Source of the DNA: the human T2T-CHM13v2.0 reference genome, Homo sapiens
Length of the DNA: 64,000 bases
NCBI RefSeq assembly: GCF_009914755.1
Contig: NC_060933.1
Reading direction: 5' to 3' (one strand)
Shown: positions 1-15,044 of the stretch, in pieces
Numbering within the stretch: position 1 is the first letter of the stretch
Layout of the letters: the number at the start of each line of letters is the position of its first letter
Translations under genes and position numbers: made by a program
The notes under the pieces: model-generated
Database searches by the model: none
The model's input: the letters and a program-made list of their open reading frames with translations, nothing else
Told to the model about the DNA's origin: nothing

Positions 1-613
1 TAAAACTCTTTACAAGAAAATAGATGTAAATCTGTGACCATGGATGATGCAATGGTTTCTTAGATATAACGTGTATAGCACAAGCAATCAAAGAAAAACA
101 GATTGGAGATCCTCAAAATTTTTAAAAATTGTGATCAAAGGACACTATCACGAAAATGAAATGACAACTCTCTCAGAATGGAAGAATATATTTGCAAATC
201 ATGTTATCTGATAAGGGACTTGTATCCAGAATAGAAAAAATTCTACACCTCAGGAATAAAAAGACAAATAGCTCAATTAAAAAATGGGCAAAGTATTTGA
301 ATAGCTATATCTTCAAAGGTACACAAATGGCTGGTAAACACATGAATAGATGCTCAGGATTATTGGTCATTAGGGAAATGCAAATAAAAGCTGTAATGGG
401 ATACTACTTCATATCCACTAGGATGGCTATAATTGAAAAGAAGACAATGACAATTAGGATGAGGATGTGGAAAAATTGGGACCTTCATATAATGCTGATG
501 GGAATGTGAAATGGTACAGCCACTTTGGAAAATAGTGTGGCAGTTCCTCAAAACGCTAAACAGAGTTACCATGTGATCCAGCAATTTCATTCTTACCTAA
601 AAGAATTGAAAGG

Positions 614-903
614 GGCCGGGCTCAGTGGCTAACGCCTGTAATCCCAGCACTTTGGGATCACGAGGTCAGGAGATCGAGACCATCCTGGCTAACACAGTGA
701 AACCCCGTCTCTGCTAAAAATACAAAAAATTAGCCGGGCATGGTGGCAGGTGACTGTAGTCCCAGCTACTCGGGAGCCTGAGGCAGGAGAATAGCATGAA
801 CCTGGGAGTGGAGCTTGCAGTGAGCCGAGATCGCACCACTGCACTCCAGCCTGGACGACAGAGCGAGACTGCATCTCAAAAAAAAAAAAAAAAAAAAAAA
901 AAA
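614..903 (+). mobile_element. AluY with ~16-bp left-arm deletion
   Basis: AluY body and poly(A); TSD aagaattgaaagg (601-613) / aagaatcgaaagg (904-916). Confidence 0.95.
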
Positions 904-1107
904 AAGAATCGAAAGGGTATGCTCACAGAATAACTTGTACGTGAATGTTCGTACACATAATATCCATAACATCCATAATAGTTAATCACCGTGTTAATCA
1001 CTAGTATAAGATTAACTCGAAATATCCACAACAGTTAAATTCATTGAGACAGAAAGCAGATTAGTGGTTGCCAGGGACTGGGGAGCAGAGGCATGGGGAT
1101 GAATGGT

Positions 1108-1451
1108 GAGTGGTCCTCAACCCTTATGCCACCAGGAACCGGTTTTATGGAAGACAATTTTTCCACTGATTGGGGGTGAAGGGCAGATGGTTTTGGGATG
1201 AAATTGTTTCACCCAGATCATCAGGCTTTAATTAGATTATCATAAGGAGCATGCAACCTAGATCCCTTGCATGCACAGTTCACAATAGGGTTTGAGTTCC
1301 TATGAGAATTTAATGCCCCTGCTGATCTGACAAGAGGTGGAGCTCAGGTGGTAATGCTTGCTCTCCCACCTTTCACCTCCTGCTGTGCTGCTGGGTTCCT
1401 AAAGGGCCATGGCCCACTACCGGTCTGTGGCCTGGGGGTTGAGGACTCCTG
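1108..1451 (-). mobile_element. MER1B (hAT-Charlie MITE)
   Basis: Matches the reverse complement of MER1B (ggaagacaatttttcc, caacctagatccc, ctgatctgacaagaggtggagctcagg); degenerate TIRs at both ends. Confidence 0.88.
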
Positions 1452-2021
1452 TGCAAATGGATATGGATATGGATACGGAGTTCCTTTTTGGGATGATTTA
1501 AGTGTTCTAGAGTTAGATAGTGGTGATGGTTGCATAACTTTGTGAGTGTACAAAAAAAACCCACTCAATTGTTTACTTTAAAGCGGTGATTTTTATGGTG
1601 TGTGATTTAATATATTTCTAAAATTTAAGAATTAAAAATAGAATCTATGATTTAAAGACTTCCCACAAATTCCCAGCTTTCATGACTTCCCCACTGAATT
1701 CTTCCAAAGTATTAAGAATAACACTACTTTACATAAACTGTTCCACAGAATTAATATTATAATTCATAGTCACTAGCTAATTGAAATGCACTACTCAGCA
1801 CCAAAGGCAAATACTTTTATCTGTTATGTAAGGACAAGTTTATACCAACAATTCTGAATTAACTGATGAAGCAGAACCAAAACAAACCATTTAGAAATTC
1901 TGCGTCTGTCTCTCCTACTATTACTTCCATCCTACTTGGTACCATCACACTGGCTGATAAAAGGCCTAATATGGGATTATTTCTCTTCTTTCTTTAATTA
2001 ATTAAATTTATGTATTTAATA

Positions 2022-2299
2022 TATTTTTTGGAGATGGGATTTCACTCTGTTGCCCAGGCTGGAGTGCAGTGATACAATCATAACTCATAATCATAACTCA
2101 CTGCGGCCTCCAATTCCTGGGCTCAAGCAATCCTCCCACCTCAGCTTCCTGAGTAGCTGGGACTACAGGCACACACCACCACACCTGGCTAATTTATTTT
2201 TACTTTTTGTAGAGATGGGGTCTCCCTGTGCCAAGCTGGTCGTAAAGCAATCCTCTCACCTTGGCCTCCCAAAGTATTGGGATTACAGACATGAGCCAA
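2022..2299 (-). mobile_element. AluJ
   Basis: J-type Alu antisense; small internal duplication cataactcataatcataactca. Confidence 0.9.
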
Positions 2300-2305
2300 A
2301 GAGAA

Positions 2306-2438
2306 GGCTGGGTACAGTGGCTCAAATGGGTAATCCCAGCACTTTGAGATGCCAAGGCAGGAGAATTGCTTGAAGCCAGGAGTTGGAGAGCAGCCTGGGC
2401 AACATAGTGAGACCCCATTTCTACAAAAGTTTTAAAAA
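2306..2438 (+). mobile_element. FLAM / AluJ left monomer
   Basis: Single Alu monomer with A-rich end. Confidence 0.85.
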
Positions 2439-2527
2439 ACTATGAACAAGGCAAGAGTTGTTTTGTATTGCTATCAGTTATCTACAATTAATAGAGTTGT
2501 AAAATAACTCACATAAGTGTCCTTTTT

Positions 2528-3130
2528 GTTCACAAGGAGCCTCTCTTGAATACATCTGAGTTTATGCTAATGAAGCGACTTAGGGTGGGGCCCCAAAAAG
2601 GCCTCAGGATCAAGTTGGTTACCAGAAAGTCCAAGTAATTAGAAGGTGGAAACTTTCTGCCCCACCCACTCACCTCTGTATACAAACTTGAATAATTAGA
2701 TTTGATGAGCCTCCAGGTGAATACATCAAAGTGCTGGGAGGGTAGCACAGCTGGAGAGGGCATGGAAGCTCTGACCCCTCCTTCACTGAATTGTTTGCTT
2801 TATAATAAACTTGTAAATTTAAGTATTGTTTTTCTGAGTTTTATGAGATGTTCTAATAAATTATTGAACCCAAGGAGTGGCTTGTGGGATCCCCTGATTT
2901 ATACCCAGTTGGTCATAAGTACAGGTGGCCTGGACTTGGATGTGGGGAGCAGTCTTGTGAGACTGAGCTCTTAACCTGTGGGGTCTGCTTTAACTCCAGG
3001 TAGTTAGTATTGAATTGAATTGAATTCAGTATTGAGTTGAATTATTGGACACCCAGTTTGTGTCCAGAGAATCAGAGAATTCGTTGTTGGTGTTGGAAAA
3101 ACACTCTAGAATTGGTGCTAGAAATGGGAT
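2528..3130 (+). mobile_element. MER21-family LTR (partial)
   Basis: gagtttatgctaatga..ggggcccc..cctcaggat..ccagaaag..; ggacacccagtttgtgtccagagaatc near the end. Confidence 0.75.
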
Positions 3131-3645
3131 GTGAGTAGAGAAATGGCGTTCTTTGTTTTCTGTTTACTGTTTTTTACCAAAGTAGGATTTGAAGCTTTTG
3201 TGCCATGCATGGATCCAAGAATTTTTGCCAAGGTTGTGAGCTCCTTGCTGAGTGTTAGACACTGTGCTAAATGCTTTACAAAGAATGTTTCTTTAGAAAG
3301 TTAAAATCCTTTTATCAAAGCAATACATAAACATAATCGCAAAATTACATAGTATAGAAAGACCATGATAAAAAGTAGCAATCCTCTTTTTCACTGTTTC
3401 CCACGTCCCACTCCTATTCTGCTCCCCAGGGAGACCGATGTTGCCTATTAAGGTCTGTTTTTAGTGTATCTATTGATTGTCCTCATTCTTTAAATAATAC
3501 GGGAATTTCCATTATTTAGACTTCTACCTGTCAAGTTAGCTCTGATAAAGCTTTAACTCACTTGATTCCTGCATCTCTTTTTTCCATCCATTACAAAACT
3601 CTTTTTGGTTTTCTTTATTGGCTATTATTAAAACATGAAATGATG

Positions 3646-3950
3646 GGCCGGGTGCAGTGGCTCGTGCCTGTAATCCCAACACTTTGGGAGGCCGTGGCAG
3701 GCGGACTACCTGGGGTCAGGAGTTTGAGAGCAGCCTGGCCAACATGGTGAAACCCCGTCTCTACTAAAAATACAAAATTAGCCGGGTGTGGTGGCACACG
3801 CCTGTAATCCCAGCTACTTGGGAGGCTGAGACAGAATTGCTTGAGCCCAGGAAACAGGTTGCAGTGAGCCGAGATCGTGCCACTGCACTCTAGCCTGGCC
3901 GACAGAGCGAGACTCTGTCTCAAAAACAAACAAACAAATAAACAAACAAA
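3646..3950 (+). mobile_element. AluS with (CAAA)n tail
   Basis: Full dimer; TSD catgaaatgatg / catgaaatggtg. Confidence 0.95.
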
Positions 3951-4409
3951 ACCATGAAATGGTGAACTTACACTTTGATTTCTTATTACAACTATAGGCC
4001 ATTTCTCCTGACTACTCATATTACAAAATAGTCTAATTAGTACTCCTAACTTTTCTTTATGCTTAATGTCTCCTCATACTTCAACATTATCAGACTGAAT
4101 AAGTTTGCATTCTATTAATTAATCTGATTTATGACATCTGTTTCCTCTATAAGCTTATTCTAAAGGTTAAACGTCAAGCAGTGATCACATTATTACAACT
4201 ATTTAAATATTGGTGATTGCACAGGTTGTTATGTGTAGTATATTGGCATTACCAGTCTTTTTGTAGAGATTTTTTTGGGTGATGGGGGGTGTTATTTGCT
4301 GTCCATTTTGGGGGTATTCACACCTTTTTCTCATCCTTAAGTTCTTCCAACTTCTTAAGGACAATATCAAATCTCTTGCATCTCTTACTTTTCTAGATAC
4401 CTCCTGTAA

Positions 4410-5770
<1,361 letters not shown>

Positions 5771-5889
5771 AATAACTTTTTTGGAGTCAATTTGTTTAAT
5801 TATTCTCAGTATTTTCTAGCCTGCTGCTCAACTCTCATCTTGACTATCTTCCATTTTTCTTTTAACTTGGATCCACTGTTTCTGGGATT

Positions 5890-6045
5890 TCCTGCCCTGC
5901 CCTGCCCTGCCCTGCCCTGTCCTGCCTTGCTTTCCCTTTCCCTTTCCTGCCCTGCCCTGCCCTGCCCTGTCCTGCCTTGCTTTCCCTTTCCCTTTCCTGC
6001 CTTGCCCTGCCCTGCCCTGCCTTGCCTTGCCTTCCTTTTCCCTTT
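5890..6045. repeat. Compound pentamer repeat (CCCTG)n/(CCTTG)/(TTTCC)
   Basis: Directly visible; contains a higher-order ~50-bp unit repeated about three times. Confidence 0.95.
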
Positions 6046-6188
6046 TGCCCGGCTAATTTTTTGTATTTTTAGTAGAGACGGAGTTTCACCGTGTTAGCCA
6101 GGATGGTCTCGATCTCCTGACCTTGTGATCCGCCCGCCTCGACCTCCCAAACTGCTGAGATTACAGGCGTGAGCCACCGCGCCTGGCT
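6046..6188 (-). mobile_element. AluY left arm and linker only
   Basis: gttagccaggatggtctcgatctcctgacc; right arm absent. Confidence 0.9.
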
Positions 6189-6710
6189 TAGATTTAAGTC
6201 TTTAATCCATTTTAATTTGATTTTTGTATATGGTGAGAAATAGGGATCTGTTTTCATTCTTCTGCTTATGAATATCCAGTTTTCCCAGCACCATTTATTG
6301 AAGAACATATCCTTTCCCCAATATATGTTTTTAGCACCTTTGTTGAAAATGACTAAATATGTGAATTTATAGCTGGGTTCTCTATTCTGTTTCTTTTGTT
6401 TGTGTGTCTGTTTGTATGCCAGTACAATGCTGATTTGGTTACTGTAGCTTTGTAGTAGTATATTTTGAAGACAGGTAGTGTGATGCCTCCAGCTTTGTTC
6501 TTTTTGCTCAGGATAGCTTTGGCTATTTGGGGTCTTTCATGGTTCTACGTAAATTTTAGGATTGCTTTTTTTGTTTCTTTGAAGAACAGTTACTATAATT
6601 TTGATAGGGATTGTATTGAACCTGTAAATTACTTTGGGTAGTATTATCATTTTAACAATATTAAATCTTCAAATCCATGAAAATGGAATATGTTTCCATT
6701 TTTGTGTGTT
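6189..6710 (-). mobile_element. L1MA/L1PB ORF2 fragment
   Basis: ORF 6069..6308 has [25 protein letters not shown], from L1 ORF2. Confidence 0.88.
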
Positions 6711-6711
6711 T

Positions 6712-6840
6712 TTATTTATTTATTTCTTTGAGATGGAGTCTCACTCTGTTGCCCAGGCTGGAGTCCAGTGGCGTGATATCAGCTCGCTGCAACCTCTGCC
6801 TCCCAGGTTCAAGTAATTCTTCTGCCTCAGCTTCCCGAGT
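6712..6840 (-). mobile_element. Alu right-arm fragment
   Basis: Truncated after gcttcccgagt. Confidence 0.88.
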
Positions 6841-6970
6841 CCAGTCTATCATTCTGGGAGTTTTTCTGGTATTATTAATTTTAAAATCCTTTCATTTTCT
6901 TTTTCTTGAATTATCATTTTAGTTAAATATTGGGCTTCTGGATTGGTCTTCATGTGTATTAACTTTCATC

Positions 6971-7263
6971 TTTTTTTTTTTTGAGACTGGGTCTCGCTCT
7001 GTTGCCTAGAATAGAATGCAGAGGCACAGTCACAGCTTGCTGCAGCTTCAACATCCAGGGCTCAAGTGACCCTCCCACCTCAGCCTCCCAAGTAGCTGGG
7101 ACTATGGGCATGTGCCACCAAGCTTAGCTAATTTTTAAATTATTTGTAGAGATGGAGGTCTCCCTATGTTGCTCAGGCTGGTCTAACTCCGGGACTCAAG
7201 TGATCCTCCCACTTTGGCCTCCCAAAGTGCTGGTATTACAGGTGTGAGCCACTGTGCTTGGCC
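6971..7263 (-). mobile_element. AluJ
   Basis: Full dimer; TSD ttaactttc. Confidence 0.92.
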
Positions 7264-7470
7264 TTAACTTTCTTCTTGGTGTACTTTTTTGTCTTGTTTC
7301 TTCTTTCTGAAAGACTTTCTTGACCTTACCTTCTAACCTCTATTTTTTTCAGCCATCAAATTGTTAATCTCCCAAAACTCTTTCTGTTATTTAATTGAAT
7401 TATTATATTTAAAAATTTAATAGCAGCTGGTTCTTGTTTCATAAATGTAGTATCTTCTGTATATTTTTGA

Positions 7471-8706
<1,236 letters not shown>

Positions 8707-8816
8707 TATTACTATTATTTTCTGCCTGGAGAACAATCACCTGCTTGATGGATGTTTTGCTTACTGGTTTGTGGGAGTGGAGTGGGCGCTTTTTATATAC
8801 TCCATATTATACAGGC

Positions 8817-9536
8817 TGTTTTAGTCCATTTTCTATTGATATAACAGAATACCAGAGACTGGGTAATTCGTAAAGAAAAGAAGTTTATTCATCTCACAAT
8901 TCTGGAGGCTAGGGAGTCTAAGAGCATGGCTCTGGCATCTGGTGAGGGCCATCCCAGGGCAGAAACATGGAAAGCAGAAGTGAGCACGCAAGACAGAGAA
9001 AGGAAATTTGGCCAAACCCCCTCCTTCTAATTACGAATCTACTCCTGAGATAAGAAATTCACTCCCATGATAATAGTAGTAGTTCATTCATGAAGGTGGA
9101 GCCCTCATGACCTAATCATCTGTTAAAGTCTCACCTCTTAATACTGTTACATGGACAATTGAATTTCTTTCTTTCTTTTTTTCTTTTTCTTTTTATTTAT
9201 TTTATTTTATTTATTTATTTTTAGACAGTCTTGCTCCATCACCCAGGCTGGAGCTGGAGTGTGGTGGCATGATCTTGGCTCACTGCAACCTCCACCTCCT
9301 GCGTTCAAGCAATTCTCCTGCCTCAGCCTCCCGAGAAGTTGAGATTACGGGCGTGCACCACCATGCCCAGCTAATGTTTGTATTTTTAGTAAAGACGGAG
9401 TTTCACCATGTTGACCAGGCTGGTCAACAGCCTCAGCCTCCCAAAGTGCTGGGATAATAGGCATGCGTGAGCCACCGTGCCCAGCCAGGCAATTAAATTT
9501 CAACAAGAGTTTTGCGGGGACATTCAAACCATAGCA
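8817..9536 (-). mobile_element. MST-family (MSTC/D-like) MaLR solo LTR containing an AluS at 9164-9486
   Basis: tgttttagtcc...ttcaaaccatagca ends; 5-bp TSD caggc/catgc. Confidence 0.88.
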
Positions 9537-9694
9537 CATGCTTTAAATAATAACCCTGCTTTCATTCCCAGGTCTCATTCCTCTTTTTCATCCTAACTGA
9601 ATTTTCTGAATCTAAGCATTTGAAGTTTCTCCAGGTAAGATTGGTGTACTCTTCCATTGGGGAGTCTTTTCCACTTATACACACTCATACTCAC

Positions 9695-10106
9695 ACAGTC
9701 ACGCAGGCTGGAGTGCGGTGGTTTGATCGTAGCTCACTGCAGCCTCTAACTCCTGGGCTCAAGGGGTCCTCCTGCCCCAGTCTCCTGGGTACCACGCCCG
9801 GCTAATTTTTATTAATTTTTTTTTCTTTTTGAGACAAAGTCTTGCTCTATTGCCCAGGCTGGAGTGCAGTGGCGCGATCTCAGTTCACTGCAACCTCCGT
9901 CTCAAGGGTTCAAGCAATTCTCCTGTCTTAGCCACCTGAGTAGCTGGGTTTACAGGCATGCGACACCACACCCAGCTAATTTTTTTGTATTTTTAGTAGA
10001 GACGGGCTTTTGCCATGTTGTCCAGGCTGGTCTCGAATTCTGGCCTTAAGTGATCCTCCCTCTTTAGCCTTCCAAATAGCTGGGATTATAGGCATTGCTC
10101 CTGGCT
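9695..10106 (-). mobile_element. Alu trimer (J right arm + S-type right arm + J-type left arm)
   Basis: Two right arms and one left arm read in series. Confidence 0.8.
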
Positions 10107-10334
10107 ATGCACTCATTTTCTAAGTAGTGGTTCCTCCTTTATCAGTGATCAGTCCTCCAAACTCAGTGTTTTCCAAAAGCTTGATAAAATCACTTGTTTG
10201 CTGATGGCTTTCCTTTCTTTCTCTTCAATATTGCACTTTTATACCCTGAAAATAACTTTTACTGTCATTTTAATAAAGTTTCAGAGGGACTAACAAAAAG
10301 CTTATAGCTCTTCCATCGTCTTAAACAGAAACAA

Positions 10335-10500
10335 ATCTCATTTAATTTTTAGAACAATCCTATATCATGTTATTTTACGGAGTTGGGAACATTGGCCCAA
10401 GGAGACCAAATATTAATAGATATCTCTAAACCAAATAAGTTATTCAGTGATGGAGCAGGGAATAAATCCCAGGAAATCCACTCTACAGCTTCATGGTCTT
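10335..10500 (-). mobile_element. MIR
   Basis: tctcatttaatt..aacaatcct..attttac..ggagcaggga..aaatcccagg core. Confidence 0.55.
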
Positions 10501-10917
10501 GTTTTTTCTCTAAATTTATTGGTATAAAATTCTAAGGCCATATTTACAGATATCCTAGGAGGTGACAGAAATATTGCATCCTGAAGAATTTCATTTTAAG
10601 AGACCCAGGAAATACTTAGTTAAGTATATACCTAATTAACTATGTTTGAAAGATGATTCTAAAATGAATCAAGTTATCTTTGCTCTGGATTATCCAACTT
10701 TGCATTCCTTATATTTAGTCATTAATTGCTACATATTATTTGACTTCTTTGGAACTCTTTCTAACTATTTTAAAATGTTTTCAATCAGAAGCAATGGAAA
10801 AGAACAATATCCAGAGAAATGGATAACAACTGGAAAGGGAAAGTGGAATGGTTTAAAGTGGCACACATAAAAGATGTTTGTTCTTACATCCTTTTCCACT
10901 GAAGTCTTATTCTTCTC

Positions 10918-11204
10918 TTTTTTGAGACACAGTCTCGCTCTGTTGCCCAGGCTGGAGTATAGTGGTGCAATCTCGGCTCACTGCAAGCTCTTCCTCCTGG
11001 GTTCACACCATTCTCCTGCCTCAGCCTCCTGAGTAGCTGGGACCACAGGCGCCCGCCACCACGCCTGGCAATTTTTTTGTATTTTTAGTAGAGACGGGGT
11101 TTCACTGTGTTAGCCAGGATGGTCTCGATCTCCTGACCTCATGATCTGCCCACCTCAGCCTCCCAAAGTGCTGGGATTACAGACGTGAGCCACCGCGCCC
11201 AGTC
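10918..11204 (-). mobile_element. AluY
   Basis: TSD tgaagtcttattctt (10900-10914 / 11206-11220). Confidence 0.95.
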
Positions 11205-11776
11205 TTGAAGTCTTATTCTTAAGGGACTTGCATAAAAGAGAATGTGTCAGACAGGCCATGCTAAGAAGACCAGTTAATACTTTCCAACAAATATTGCTTT
11301 ATATACGCGAGCGCAGGTATTTTCTGGAACTTCTGTGTTTGAATATAGCAATCTATACATGTTATACTAGAAACCTGTTTTTGGATATTCAGTATATATC
11401 CTGGCAACCCATCATCAAATTTACTCTTTGACTTTCTTTTCAGTTGTGCCATCGAGAATAGACAAGTCATGTTTCCCCAAACTTCAGTTTTCTTATTTAT
11501 CCAGTCAAAATACTGGACCAGATGACCTCCAAGACCTCATCCTTCCATAAAATTCCACGATTCTATTACTTAGATCTTCTTACTTTATTTTTAGTGGTTC
11601 ATAATATGTCTTTTGATCAATACCTTAGAGTATAATTTACATATGTTTAAATATACAAATTTTAAATGTATTGCTCAATGGCTTAATAAAAATAGCTTTA
11701 TTGGGATATAATTAACGTGCCACGAAATTCACCTGTTTAATGTGTACAGTTCAATGGTTTTTAGTATATTTAAAGA

Positions 11777-12072
11777 TTTTTTTTTTTTTTGAGACAGAGT
11801 TTCCCTCTTATTGCCCACGCTGGAGTGCAATGGCGCAATCTCGGCTCACCGCAAGCTCCGCCTCCTGGGTTAAAGCAATTCTCCTGCCTCAGCCTCCCGA
11901 ATAGCTGGGATTACAGACATGCGCCACCAGGCCCTGCTAATTCTGTATTTTTAGTAGAGATGGGGTTTCTCCATGTTGGTCAGGCTGGTCTCTAACTCCT
12001 GACCTCAGGTGATCCGCCTGCCTTGGCCTCCCAAAGTGCCGGGATTACAGGCGTGAGCCACCACATGTGGCC
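11777..12072 (-). mobile_element. AluSp
   Basis: Sp diagnostics (gctcaccgca, catgcgccacc, tttctccatgttggtcagg); TSD tatatttaaagattttt. Confidence 0.9.
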
Positions 12073-12257
12073 TATATTTAAAGATTTTTATACCTATCAT
12101 CACAGTCTAATTTTAGAAAATTTTTATCACCCTAAAAGAAACCTGGTACCCATTAGCAGTCGCTCCTGTCCTCCCTTTCTCTTTACCCTGCCAGTTCTTG
12201 GGAACCACTGGTCTACTTGCTCTTTCCATATATTTAATATTTGTCTATTTTGGCCCT

Positions 12258-12347
12258 TGTTTTTTTTTTTTTTTTTTTTTTTTTTGAGTCTAGGTCTTGC
12301 TTGGTCACCCAGGCTAGAGTGCAGTGGTGACATCATGGCTCACTACA
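12258..12347 (-). mobile_element. AluJ 3' fragment
   Basis: Poly(T) plus ~60 nt of right arm. Confidence 0.8.
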
Positions 12348-12789
12348 GTATTCTGGCCCTTTCATAGGAATGAAATCTTACAATGTGTCATCTTTTGTGA
12401 CTGACTTATTTCATTTGGCATAATGTTTTCGAGATTCATCCACGTTGCAGCAAGTATCAACACTTCATTCCTTTTTGTTGCCAAATAGTGTTCATTTTGT
12501 GCATGTACCACATTTTATTTATCCATTCATCAGTTGATGAAAATTTAGGCTGTTTCTACTTTTGGTTATTATGAATAATGTTGCTATGAACAATTGTGTT
12601 CCTGTGGACATGTGTTTCTATTTCTCTTCGCTACATACCAGGAGAATTGCTGGGTCATATGGTTCTCTACTTTTAATATTTTGAGGCACTGCCAAACTGT
12701 TTTCCAGAGCGGTTGCACCATTTTACATTCCCATTAACATGTACAAGGATTTCCATTTCTCCACATCTTTGCTAACAATTATTACTAAG

Positions 12790-13130
<341 letters not shown>

Positions 13131-13414
13131 TAAAATTAATTAATATTATCTTTTTGATTATAGCTATTCTAATAGATGTGAAGTGGTATCTCATTATTCC
13201 ATGACTTTTAAGTTACCTACCTCTTTGTGACCTCCACCTACATGAAAATATGTGATGTTTCTATTCCTCCTGAAAATTTCTTTGGTACCTTTCTTCAGTA
13301 AACACTAGTTGCCTGCCCCTGGGTAACTACTCTTCTGACATCTACCACTGTAGATTAGTTTTGCCTATTCTTGAATTTCATATAAATGCAACAAAACAGT
13401 ATGTATGATTTATA

Positions 13415-13555
13415 TATCAAAGCACATGAATGTTCATAGCAGCATTATTCATAGTAGGCAAAAAGTGGAGGTAACTCAAGTGTCTATCAAATGATGAATG
13501 AATAAACGACATATGGTATATCCATAAAATGGAATACTGACATAACTTAAAAAGT
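13415..13555 (+). mobile_element. L1M 3' fragment
   Basis: gaatgttcatagcagcattattcatagtag..ggtatatccataaaatggaatact. Confidence 0.8.
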
Positions 13556-13856
13556 ACTACCTAAAGTAGCAAGTGCTGATGTAGAAGCTGCAGCAAATTA
13601 CCCAGAAGGTCTAGCTAAGGTCATTGATAAAGGTGGCTACACTGGAGAAAATTTCAATGTAGACAAAACAGCCTTAAATTGGAAGTAGATGCTGTCTAGA
13701 ATTTATACAGCTAGAGAGGAGAAGTCAACACCTAGCTTTAAAGCCTCAAAAGACAGGCTGACGTTATTGTTAGGGGCCAATGCAACTGGTGACATGTGGT
13801 TGAAGCTGATGCTCATTTACCATGTTTAAAATCCTGGAGCCCTTAAGAATTACGTT

Positions 13857-14130
13857 GGCTAAGTATGAGGGCTCACACCTGTAATCCCAGCATTTTGGGA
13901 GGCTGAGGTGGGTGGATTACTTGAGTCTAGGAGTTCAAGACCAGCCTGGGTACCATGGCGAAAAACAGTCTCTACAAAATATACAATTAGCCAGGTGTGG
14001 GTGTGCCTGTGGTCCAAGCTACTTGGGAGACTGAGGTGGGAGGATCACCTGAGCCTGGGGAGACCAAGGCTGCAGTGAGCCATGATTGTGCCATTCCAGC
14101 CTGGGCAACAGTGAGACTCTATCTCAAAGA
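13857..14130 (+). mobile_element. AluJ
   Basis: Diverged dimer inside Tigger1. Confidence 0.9.
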
Positions 14131-14428
14131 AGGAGAATTATTTTAAGTCTACTCTACCTGTGTTCTATACGTGGAACAACAAAGCCCAAATGACAGCACA
14201 TCTATTGACAGCGTAATTTACTAAACAATTTAAGCCCACTGTTGAGACCTATTCCTCAGAAAAAAATATTCTTTTCAGAATATCACTGTTCTTTGACAGT
14301 GCACCTGGTCACCCAAAAGCTCTAATGGAGATGTATGAGGAGATTAATATTTTCATGCCTGCTAAAACAATATCCATTCTGTAGCTCATGGATTAAGGAA
14401 TAATTTTTCCTTGATCTTAATTTTTCAA

Positions 14429-14755
14429 GTTGTTGTTGTTGTTGATGATGTTGTTGTTGTTGTTGTTGTTGTTCTTCTTCTTCTTCTTCTTCTTCTTCTT
14501 CTTCTCCTCCTCCTTCTTCTCCTTCTTCTCCTTCTTCTCCTTCTTCTCCTTCTTCTCCTTCTTCTCCTTCTTCTCCTTCTCCTCCTCCTCCTCCTCCTCC
14601 TCCTCCTCCTCCTCCTTCTTCTTCTTCTTCTTCTTCTTCTTCTTCTTCTTCTTCTTCTTCTTCTTCTTCTTCTTCTTCTTCTTCTTCTCTTCTTCTCCTT
14701 CTTCTTCTCCTTCTTCTTCCTTCTTCCTTCTTCTTCCTTCTTTCTTCTTCTTCAT
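14429..14755. repeat. Compound trinucleotide repeat (GTT/GAT)15 (CTT)10 (CTCCTTCTT)n (CTC)12 (CTT)24, then degenerate; tail of a minus-strand Alu
   Basis: Directly visible; pure (CTT)24 at 14615-14686. Confidence 0.98.

Positions 14756-15044
<289 letters not shown>

Larger units (their letters stand above)
1..1640 (+). mobile_element. Old L1 (L1MB/L1MC-type) ORF2 3' end and 3'UTR, interrupted by AluY and MER1B
   Basis: ORF 192..509 resembles the L1 ORF2 C-terminus (IKKWAK, IREMQIK..M.Y); L1MB-type 3'UTR motifs gagacagaaagcagattagtggttgccaggg and gatagtggtgatggttgcataac. Confidence 0.85.

Noticed and set aside
10789-10875. Plus-strand exon candidate KQWKRTISREMDNNWKGK...
   Set aside because: Weak donor, and the pre-Alu intron to the next candidate would be only about 42 nt
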